NCBI GenBank assembly: GCA_030141605.1
Contig: JAQGDQ010000045.1
Coordinates: 310,001 to 374,000 of the forward strand
Length of the DNA stretch: 64,000 bases
Direction: 5' to 3'
Source: Tubiluchus corallicola
Lineage: Eukaryota; Animalia; Priapulida
Shown: piece after piece, positions 41,901 to 53,900 of the stretch
Numbering within the stretch: the first letter of the stretch is position 1
How the letters are laid out: every line of letters starts with the position of its first letter
The notes under the pieces: model-generated
What the model was told of the DNA's origin: nothing
The model's input: the letters and a program-made list of their open reading frames with translations, nothing else
Database searches by the model: none
Position numbers and translations under genes: made by a program

Positions 41901-44900
41901 GCAATCCCTCTGTTTATAGAAAAAATTAAAGCAGAATATGTTTATAACATTGTTAATTACATCAAACTTTTAAGTAGATGGTTTGCGTAAAGCAGATTAA
42001 AATATGAGCAGTTTTCATCAATTTTACCTGATTTGAATTTATACCTTACCGAAAAAAGGTAAAATATTTGACGAGACTAATATTTGCAACATTTCTTTAT
42101 CAGCATTAAAGTTTTTTTGCTATGATTTCTTTTACAATATGCAATAAATTTTGCATTTATTAATGTGTGATTGTGTAATGAAATGTTGCATTTTTTATTT
42201 CACTTTATGAAAATAAAAAACTAAAATTTTGCTATTAAACATTTTTGACTAATATTTCACTATCTTTTTAAACAGTACTATTGCTACTTACTATTATGAA
42301 CTAGTGATGACTATAAAATTTGCTTTTTAATGTCACTGATGATTAATTCTGTCTGAAATGCTTCTGTGTCCTGAGATTTTAATTCACTGTTCATTTTTTT
42401 GATTTTGCCAGTTAATTCATTGATTCCTAAATCACAGGTAAACAATATGAGCTTTCAACCCAACATTCAAGGTGAGCCACTACAATTTAGCATAACTTCT
42501 CGAAATCCAGTCGTGGGTGATCAGGAATATTTGTGCCAAGCTGTCTCTCAAAAGTCAAAAGATCAGTGGGTCACCACCATGTCGACTATCCTACGAAATC
42601 AGCAGGACTTTCTACGGGCGTTACAGCATCCGATAGCATATCAGAAAGAGCAACTGAGTCGCGAAGCGTAAGTAGCTAGTAGAATCAAATTTAAACTTTT
42701 AGTTTCTAAATGTTTAAGCTTGTTTTTTCATACTCTTAGATATCAATAATTGTGTCAGACTGCTGATGAATAATCAGTAACCACAAACTCATTGTAGACA
42801 TTTGTTTGTGATTGTTTAGCCCGACATTAGTGAGAAGAATTTGATTACCAATTTCATTTATAGTGAAATCAAGATGTAATCTAGCCCGAGAAAAACCCTA
42901 TTGTTATAGTATGTAGTAAAGACTTTACCGTGTTTATAGATTGAGTTCTCACCATATATGATTACCCATTTCTAGATATTTGGTGTTAATATCAGTCATG
43001 CTACTGGTGCTCAAATCTTCAAACTCGTAAAATATGAGAAGTTTCAATGTGTGGAGAATATGATTTCCATACATATTGTAGTATGTACAGCCTGTTGAAA
43101 CTGTATTAGTCTGAATGACACCATCTGAATGATTACCCATTTCTAGATATTTGGTGTTAATATCAGTCATGCTACTGGTGCTCAAATCTTCAAACTCGTA
43201 AAATATGAGAAGTTTCAATGTGTGGAGAATATGATTTCCATACATATTGTAGTATGTACAGCCTGTTGAAACTGTATTAGTCTGAATGACACCATCACAT
43301 GCTGATTGTACAAATTAGACACCATCGTAAATTGTCGCACAGTAATAAACACCATTCCCTGTTGTTTTACACTGTTTTGGTCTTATTATAAGTCAACATT
43401 GCAAACAGTAAGTAAAGTCGAACAGCTGAAGGTTCAGCAACAGCTGATTACACTATTACGCCTAACAATTATGATCTCTCTGAACTTTAAATGTTAAAGA
43501 TTATGTTAGGATATATTTATTGCATGGCGACCCACATGGTGTTGGTTGTGTGTGATTACTTTAGTCATAGGCCTCTAAAGCATAGTATAGTATCATTCAT
43601 TTTAGGGCTGGCTTGAATCTAATGGGAACTAGTGCATCATCATTGAAGTTCAACAGGAAAACAATTTCTTCTTATTCACATTCAGCATCAGTTGCAAACA
43701 TGGAGGCGTCTGCATTACGGGCTCGCAACCAGACCGAACAGCAGTCTCGCGGCAAGAAAAAGGTACTCATTCGACAAAAATAAATGTGGAAAACTGACTT
43801 AAACGTAAAAACTCATTATTTTTTTCCTTATATTAATATTATATTTTCTTCTGAAAACTCCAAGCGATTGGCCACTTTGTTGAATAAAATTGTACTTTTA
43901 TAATTGTTCATTTGATTCATCTTACTTTCTCACTGTAATGCATTACTGCTTACCTATAGTGGTAGTTGTAATGCTGTTTATCCAACTTACCATTTAACTT
44001 TCTTTATTTGTAAACATACATTAATACTAAGCGTTCGTAAATTAATCAATTAGTCATACACTTAAATTGTCCCATAATAAAATTTTATATACCAATACAA
44101 CAATATGTTTATGTTTATGTACAACAGACATACTTTTATTAACGTTTCTTTCAAAGCCTTACTGTTTTCTTTAGCTTGTAACTGCCCTTACTCGTTTTTC
44201 TATAATAATTACGCAACTAACTCGTAACTTATAAAAATCTGCACTTTATATTTTACTCTCTTGTTGCAAGTCTAAACGACTCTTACATTGTTCTTGCACT
44301 GCAGTTACTAATTATTTTACTAACATCAGTGCCACAATCACTAACTCATTTTACAGTTTCAACTCAAGTGGAGTCGTTCTTTTCATGCTCAGGCTAGTGC
44401 AAGTCAGTCAGATCCAGCAGCCAACACTATGACAGCATCTAGTTCACCAGGGCCAAATCTGATTCAGGCAAAAATGCCCTCCATGTCTGAAGAAATTGGT
44501 GACGACTCATCTTTAGGTAAGTTGGCTTCAGAGAAGCAACCAAAAGCGAATACTGTGGACAATGTCTGTAATATAACATTTATTTAACAATTGTCAAGTT
44601 ACTAGCTACGAGGGATGATTCCCTATTGATAGGCCTCTAGTGGTTAGCATATTTGTCCGGAAGATGAGTTTCGGTTCATGTCGCTGGAGGTCAATATTTT
44701 TCAGGATTTTTAACTTAGTATTGGTTTTTTGTATTTGTTGGGTTGTACTAGAGCAAGTTGTAAAGTCACTCTGGTAAAAATAATATAGCTCAGTTAGCCT
44801 ATTTACCTTATCCTTATTTACCCCTTTTAACAAAAAAAAAATCATTGTCTACATTCTGTTAAAAATGCACAAGTGATAATCATCCTTAAATATCTATAAA

Positions 44901-47900
44901 TTCGGAACACAAACTTCTTATGTGGCTATGTGTGTTGCAGAACTTTGTACAATCTAGATTATAGTGCTTAGGAAAGTACTATGAAAAATTAGCATTAACA
45001 TAGTTTACACTTCATATATCTGCAGTTTCTGACATTTTTTATCAATTTAGGTAGCGTAAAGCGTCGTGAGCAGAGGCAAAATTCTGTTCCTTGCATGGCC
45101 AGTACTGCTTCGCCACAGAACAATCGTCGGAAAGTGTTTGACGATATGAAGAAGTCTGTCCGACCAAAATCAAAAACAGAAGATTCTGAGTTAGAGGGCT
45201 CAACAATACCAAAGTAAGAATGCTGCTGTTTTCTGCAATATTTTTTTAATAATCTTCAATGACAGTAATTAGTCATTGTTTTGAAAATTGTCTGTGTGTT
45301 GTGCAAGTTGCGTAGTTTGTACCTCTGATTTTTTTTGTGCCAGTCTTTAAATTGCTTAACCTCTCACATTGTGTAGGCTTTTTTTTGTAAAATATGAATA
45401 TAATACGAATATTTATAGCTAACTGGTGTATTGGTGTTTTTTGCATACCTTTAGTACTCATAGTGTACCTGATCTGGCACTAGGAGACTCCAGCTCATGG
45501 GCACAAGAACCATTCGATGTAAAACGGCGTTCAGCCGGCGACTGTGATAAAGTTGAATCTGCTGTAAGTTATACTCACATTTTCAATGCAACGTCTGGAA
45601 AGACTTGTTTCTTGACCCACATTTGTAAAATATTTACATTTGATTCGTGTAACGAAATTATAATCTATTATTGCAACAGCTAACTAGTTGTTTTAGATTG
45701 TTTTAGATGAATTAAATAATAGAGGTTTTCACATTGCACAAGTTTCGTGCTGAATTGTATGCTTCTAATAACATTGTTAAACAGTTTTGGTCACTGAGGC
45801 CATTTTGAACTATATACAGCACCTTCGTTTTATGTTTTAAATACAGTTGTATATAGAAAACTCTTTTGACATATTTTATTAAAATGATGTGATTACAGTT
45901 TTGTCAAATACCCTGATATTTCTCAGTTAATAACTGGCATCTTTGTTGCTGTAGTCTTCACTAGCAAATGTGATCTGTGATTATACTGCTGTGAAAGAAG
46001 ATGAAGTATCTATTAGCAAAGGTGAAGTTGTACAGGTATGAATCATGTTCTTCACATTTTCACTATTTCTGTTATGCAAAAGTTTTATATGTAACAGTTT
46101 AAGCTTGGAAAGAAAAGTTGATAAAAGTTGTGGAAAAATCTCGATGCATGTGCAAAAGTAAATGCACTTTCTTTTGGGAATCTTCCAGCATTAGCATTAA
46201 TATGTGTTACACAGCCTATACTGTATATTTTAAATATGTAGTTAAAATAGATGTTATTTTGTAGTAATCTTCCTGGAAAAGGGAGAACATATTTTATAGA
46301 ACTTGCCTCTTTTTTGTGTAATACCAGAAATTCATTTATTGTGATTTCCCACTTAACACTATCTCTCGTAAATCTCATGGAAGTAGGCATTTTTTGTTTT
46401 TAAAGGCATGAGATTAGTTCCTAAACCTTCAGACTGGGCTGAATACATTTTGTGAAACCATTAACCTAACCCTACTGACTTAGTAGTCCCAAGATGGGCT
46501 TTGAAACTTGAAGGTTTTTATCACCAAAAAAACCTTAACTTTACATTAACTCTTGTCAAGCAGCTGACACATTAGTCACATCAGTCCATTATTTTTGTTC
46601 TGCAAACAAACATACTGTATGTGTACACATGCGACTTTAATTTTCAAATTTGTATTGTTAGGTAATCGCTACTAGTCCACACAACATGTGTTTAGTTTAT
46701 AAACCAGCAAGCAACACATCACCAGCTGCTGAAGGTTGGGTACCGGCTCATCTGCTAGCATACCACATCAAAAATGGTGATGGCAAGTATGTATCAATAC
46801 ATTTCAATAATTTGTTTAGAAAGAGGTATATAGGTTTGCATGTGTTTGCAAAAGTTTATTCACTTGCCAAGATTCATGTTTCAACAGCAGTCAGTTAAAT
46901 GCAGATTTCTGTTCTCTTTAAAAGAGTGTGCTTTAACTGAGTCTGTCCAATTTATGTTTTGCAGAAAATCTTCCTGGTTTATTTCTAAATCTAAGTCGAA
47001 GAATCGAGAAGCTAGTCCTGCAAAAGAAAATAGCCATGATAACACATCACGATCAATACGTGATCCGTCTCCATCTGGTAGAGTTAACATGCAGGTGAGA
47101 AAGATTTCTGATATTTTAGTTCATCTACCATAATATTTTCTGGCACAGACATTTAAAAAAATAGGTGCTAAAGACATTAAAAAATTCAAGAAGCTTTCTT
47201 AAGCCATCTTATAATGACAATATACATTTGATCAATGTTTTATTTTTTAGCGAACTTGTTTATTTCGATTTTTGTCGAAAAATTTTCTGTTCTTTTTGAA
47301 GTTTTACTGACTTATTGTGTTATGTTATTCTTTTTGTGGCAATTAAAATGCTATATGTTATAGTTCAATAAGATGTGCACTGTGACTACATACAATAACC
47401 ATTTAGTGATTGGCTACTTCCAAATGCAAACATTTTTTATCTACACGAAAAATGGGATGCTAGTTAAAGTTTACTCGCATATCAGTCTGTATTGTAAAAT
47501 TAATAACCATTTAAAAATCCCTAAGATATTTTGTGAAAATGGAAACTGTATGTGAAGGTTTAGTAATTTTTGTTTCAATTCTTTTTAAAATCTCTGTTTT
47601 TAAAATGCTTTTGTGAGTGTAATAATAATATAAGTAAAGCATAACAAAGCAGGCTTACACCCTCATCCAGCCGTAGCATGAAAGGCATCAAGTAATAATA
47701 AATAAAATTATTATTATAATTATTTTATTGAAACTGCAGGTATTGAATCATGATATGTCTCCAGAATTCATAGATCCTCTGTCAAATACTACTGTTCATG
47801 TTCGGGAAACAGCCACACTTACCTGTAAAGTCTGTAGCTATCCTCGCCCAGTTATAGTATGGAAGGGACCGAATGATAAACCAGTAACAGGTACAGTTTT

Positions 47901-50900
47901 TTTATAATACAATATTTGGTTTTCCATTGAACATTTACAAGATTTGTACTGTTTAAGTGCTTAAATAATTTAATAGGTGTTCTTTAGTTGCCAAAATATT
48001 TTTGAAAGAGTTTAATTACTTTGGAAGTTTTTATGAAAATTATTAATTCAATTTTGATACCAAACTTGAAAGACAGGAAATGTGAAAAGTCGGACAGCAG
48101 CCTGAATTTGAACTAGAGACCTTCTGCTTACACTGCTAATGTGAGTACTAGGCCACTGCATTCCTCAATAGTCAATGCAGTCTAAAGTTCATCCCTTATA
48201 GGTAACCAACGAAATTCAGTATTTTCATTGTTAGACCACTCACACTAGGTTGATTCTAACTAATTACTAATTTAACTAACAATTCTAACTCATAGAAATT
48301 TCTGGCTGAATATTAATCATAATAAAAAAAATTACACTAGTTATTTATAATCACTCTAATGTTGGCAGTCTAACATTGAAAATGCTGAATTTGGTTGACT
48401 ACCTATGTGGGGTGAACTTTGGACTGCTTTGACTTACTGGGGGAATGTGGCAGTCTAGTGACCTAAGGCAGTTTGCATGGTAAGCATAAAGCCCTTAGTT
48501 GGACAAAAAATGTGGGCTACATTCCAATTTTTTCACAATTTCTATCTTTCAAGTTTGGTATCAAATATTAAATAATTGAGTTTGTAACATAATTAATAAT
48601 AATCTTGTCATTAAAATTCTAATAAACAGTTTTTTATGAAAAATTGTAGATTGAAATTTCCCCACAACATGATTCTGTTGATTCTCGTGCAGTATTTGTT
48701 AATGTGTTTACTTTTACTTCGCATAGCTTGCACTGGTATAAATACTGGTTATTCATCAGACGGCCTAGCCACACTCACTATATACAACTGTGCTCAGGAT
48801 AATTCAGGACACTATAGTTGCAATGCTAAGAATGAGCTGGGCTGTGCACAAACTTCTTGTGTTCTTACAATATTAGGTAAGGTGTCACACCTTTTTGATT
48901 GTATAGATAAACTTTATTTATCTCTTATTTTAAGTAAATTTACAAAACTGTACACAACTGATAACAATACTTGTGTTTATTTGGAAAATTTATCATAGTC
49001 GTAGTTCACAATGTACTTGAAAAATTCATCTGTCACTTTAATGTTATGTTTACTCATCATTTTTTTTGTTAGATAAGCCTTCATGCCCTGGAACCCCCTC
49101 AATAGTTGAACAAGTAGGTACTTCAGTTAAATTAAAATGGACGCCACCCAAGAACACAGGAAACGCAACTATAACTGCTTATACTGTAGAATATACGGAA
49201 CAAGGTAATTGTGACTTTGTCCAAAGTTTGAGTGAATTATTGCTTGTTATTCGTATTTCAGCAACTGTCGTACACACTGTACTAGTAGAGCTGGACCAAG
49301 AAATTGCCAGTATTCTTAAAAGAAGTGAAAATGCCTATTAAGTCTTAAACAATTCTTTATTATTCCTTGTGCACTTTCATCCCTCATAGAGTTCATCTGT
49401 TGCACACAGAGATACAACAATAAAATTTACAGGTAAAACTACATATAAAATGAATATGTAATTTTTATTATGGTATCTCTCTGTGCAGGTGAGGGCAAAA
49501 ACTCCTGAGGAAGAATAAAGAATTGTTTAAAACTTTATGGCCATTTTCACTTCTTTAACAGTTATGACCATGGCAAGTCTCATAAGAGCACTATCCTTGT
49601 GCCAGTATCCTTATTTTGTCTGGTGTCTGAAATGTGTTTTACTGTTGCACAAGAAGCACAAATTATAAGAGTGCAATAACTGGCTTATTACTTTAAATAC
49701 TGTTATTCTGGAGACTTTTTGGCTGCATTAAAAGCCGGTCAATGCTAATTTGCAGGTACTGGAGTTTGGCAAGCTGCAGTTGCATTTGCTCCAACCACAA
49801 CACAGTTAGTGGAGTACCTTACTCCTGGTACAAACTACCAGTTTCGCTGCAGCGCTAACAACATAGTTGGTATAAGTGAACCAAGTGAACCTTCGGCCAT
49901 TGTCTGCATACCAGCTTCTGCAGAAATACAGAGTTCTTCCAAGTCACGAGTTGAATGGAAGACTTGTTTTAGTAAAGATTATGTCGAAGTGAACGAAGTT
50001 GGCAGGTAAGAAATTCTCAGTATATATGACAAAGGCTAAGCAACACTGAGGTTGATCAGTGAATGGATGGTTAACTGCCAAGTTCAGTACTCGTTCTGGG
50101 AAGTTTTATTCACCATGCTGATTCTTACTTGTTACTTCATATATAGAGGATATGTTTACCAACTGAACATGACATTAATGTCATTAGTGTCTCATCTTAG
50201 AACATTAGCTTTGATGTTGAGTGAGGCTGTAGTTCTGCTACAATGTCTATGTTAAGTAAGCCTTCCATTAAGTCTTGGATTTTTGCTTGCATTGTCAAAC
50301 TGAATAAAAAAATGCATTTTGCTCGATTTTTGTGAAAAGGACTACTTTCAGTATCACTATTTTCTCATTTTCAGGGGTAGGTTCTCAGTAGTTAAGCAAG
50401 TGGTGCAGAAATCGTCTGGATTAGAAGCTGCAGCAAAATTTATCAGTAAAAAGCTATCCAGCGTCGAGCCTGCTGAGAACGAATTTAGTATACTCAGTGG
50501 TCTTCAGCACCTACATCTCATCCCAGCTGTAGATACATACGAAACTTCGTCCAGTTACATCCTTATTTTAAAAATGTAAGTTGTTTAGTATTTATGTTTG
50601 GAATAACGTAAACAGAAAATGTAATGTCAAATGTAATAATTGCTTCTCCAGTGCATTTTTTGTGTTTTTGTATTTTTGTTGCCAAGTAATTATTTCATGA
50701 ATTAACTTTGGACAAGACAGGCTGACATTTACTTGCCTTTATAAGAAGTAGTATTAATGATTGTAAGTAGCGACATTCATATGCATTACTTCTATTTTTC
50801 AGGGTTCCCGGTGAACGTCTGCTAGACTGGCTTTGTCAGAAGCCTCTGTATGACGAGGTTCAGATAAAGACGTACGTTAGGCATTTACTAGAAGTAGTGC

Positions 50901-53900
50901 AATACCTGCACAATTGCCGTATTGCTCACTTGGACATCAAGGTAATAATGAGCTAGCGTGCATGTTTGTTTCTTTTTTGTTTTGCTAGTAATGAGAGACT
51001 TGCTTGGCAAATCCTGCGGCTTTTTGGCATTGTTTGTTGTTAGCCGTTAAGAGACTGACAGCTCATGTTGTGTGGTTGTTATAGGTATTTGTCTGTTATA
51101 AGATCATTTTCAAGCTATATTAGTTGCCTTAGTGTGTTACTTTTTGCTGTGTCCTTGGTCATCAAGTCACACCACAAGCTTATTAACAGATAGTACAAGA
51201 AACACCTTTTTATCTTTGCACTATAAATTAGGAAGCCTGCTTAAAACAGCCATTTTGCTGCCTAACTAGTTCTCTAATTATTTAATCAATCTCTGCTAAA
51301 AATTGCAATATTAATATGATTTTGTTAAAGCAATGCTGCTTTTGTTTCAGCCTGAAAATTTACTGATAGATCTGTCGCAGACATCACCACTGCTCAAACT
51401 AGTAGATTTTGGAGATGCTCGTCATATATGTAATAACTATTATGTACATCCGTTGTTGGGTAGTCCGGAGTTTGCTGCACCCGAGCTGGTACTCGGTCAG
51501 CCGGTCAGCCTACAGACAGACATGTGGTAGGTGTCTCTTTTCTAAAGTCGAGTAAAATTTGTCTGATTGCTCTACGAAATGCTTTTGTTTTCAGTATTTT
51601 CAGTCTACTTCTGTCAATGCACTTGGCAAAGTTAGCCTGTGCACTGTTAAAATAATGTAATGAATTATTGATAACATCCCACTAATTATAGTTATCAAAT
51701 AAATGGGTTTATTTGCCATCTATTTCTGCCATTAAATTATTTATGCATTAAATAGTAAACCTTTCTGATGGAATCATTTGCATTGCCTGTACTCTCTTGA
51801 CGTTTATGAGTTATTTATTTTCTTTAAAAAGGTATATTGTCACTAGTAATGGAAAACTGATTTTTGTTCATTTTCATGCTCTGTTTTTTTTCCAAAGATT
51901 TACTGCCTTTTGGGGGAAAAACAAGACGGAGGTTTAAAATTGTTGCTTTCATTTTTCTTTAGGAGTGTTGGGGTTGTGTTATACGTTTTACTGAGTGGGG
52001 TCTCCCCATTTCTGGATGAATCAGTAGAAGAAACCTGTTCAAATATTGCGCACAATGACTGGTCATTTCCTGACACGTATTTTAAGGATATATCTGACGA
52101 AGCAAAGGAATTAGTTTCTAGTCTGTTAATATCTGAAATCAGGTAACTGCTGCAACTGCCTTTTTTGATTTGCTAAATTGTTGCACTTTATTACTTTTTA
52201 CAATCATAAAGCAAGTGCATTTGCCTTGATTTTACAATCTTACTTACTTCCCGTTCCTAAGTGCACAAAAGTCCCAGTTTTGAAGTGTCATTCTTATGTT
52301 ACCACATGATTGCTTAGTATTCTTTTTCTTAACATCATTAAAATTTATTAAAATTTACTCTGTTATAAAATACATTGTTTATTTTTGTACACTATTTATT
52401 TTCAAAAATGTGATATGAATTTTTTCCCTTCAGTATGCGACTAGTAGCACAGAAATGTTTAGAGATGGGGTGGTTCACACGAGCATCAGCTGGCTGTAGC
52501 TCTCCAACTTCTCCCATTGGACATCCGCTATCTACCACCCGGTTACAGGCTTTTATTGAAAGGCGAAAGCATCAAGTAGGTTTTATAGTTAAGTCAAGCT
52601 TTTCTTACTCTTAAATACTCACTTAAAAATAACATGAGTAACATAATGAAGCATCCTGGTCAAGTTCTTCCTGATGGCTTCAAATGTGGTGTTGCTGTGT
52701 ATGATGTCGTGTTACCTTGTTAAACTTGTAGTTTTTTATTGGTCTTACAGATACAGTGCTTAAGACAGAGATATGCTTGCTGTATTCACGGCAATTATAA
52801 TAAATAAATTATTGCATTACACATGTAATGTGTCATTTTGCAGTTGAGTATTAATAATGACTGGTGTGACTTTGAGATGGGTAAAAAATTTTCAGAAGTC
52901 ATTTTTGATTGCAATTTTTTGTTGTTATTGTTCTACAGGTTTGATTGTTACTGTTAAAGTTGCGTGTTGTGCATTCATTATTTCTGGTAAAACTTCAATC
53001 TTATAATGTTCTAATAATACAGTTTTTAAAGCTTTTGCTAAGTCTGTAATTTGCTGAATGTGATAGCTGTGTTTTACAACTTGGACTACTTTACTTCAGC
53101 TTAATTCACATTTGAAGGGTGCCAATTGTAATGTTTTTTCTACAATTGCTAATATTTTTCATAGATTTCCATCTATGGAAAAGCTCTAATTACTATCCAA
53201 TGATTTCGTACATCACTTTCAGCTATTCTCTTCATTAAGTTACACTAACATATTAGTAGTTGCATTAATATTTTACTCAATTTCGGTATTATGGTTTACT
53301 AATAAATTTATTCTGTATGTTTGTGTCACAGCTGCTGGAGATATGGGAAGATGAGGGTATGATTTTTAACATTAACATCTTGTTTTGTTCTATGGCTCAG
53401 TTTGTTTCTTTCTGCTAGTGGGATATCAACAATAATACGCATATAGTCAGTTTTCAGTCACGCACTGCATTTTTCTGATTTTTTCTTTTAAACTGCTTGA
53501 TTTTTATGCTCACTTCTTTTCTGCCTAGGCAAGTCATTTTTGCACTAATGTCCTACATTATATTCTGCATAGATTCCTTATTGATACTTATGTTTACAGT
53601 ACTGAAGTTTCTCATACTGTTCATTTTTAGAAATTTCCATTTTATATGAATTACATAAATACAGACAAAGTTCTTAGACCTTTCAAATGAACAGATTTCT
53701 ATAAAGTCGTATATATGCCACGGAAAAAGATTATTGTAGTAGTATTGCAAATCATACTTTATTGCCCAGCGTGTCAATTTCCATAATCTTTTCTCATCGT
53801 TTTCTCTAGATTTTCAGAAAATTTATGTAGATATGTTCAGTTCACCAGTTCTACTTTTTTTTACTATTTTCTGCTGCTTGTTTAACTGTTAAGAAGTCTC

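Noticed and set aside
42949-43245. 98-aa minus-strand ORF with an internal repeat
   Set aside because: Produced by the 171-nt-period tandem duplication.
48095-48170. Functional tRNA gene
   Set aside because: Only A/B-box-like remnants; no clean cloverleaf could be drawn; it is part of a larger inverted repeat.
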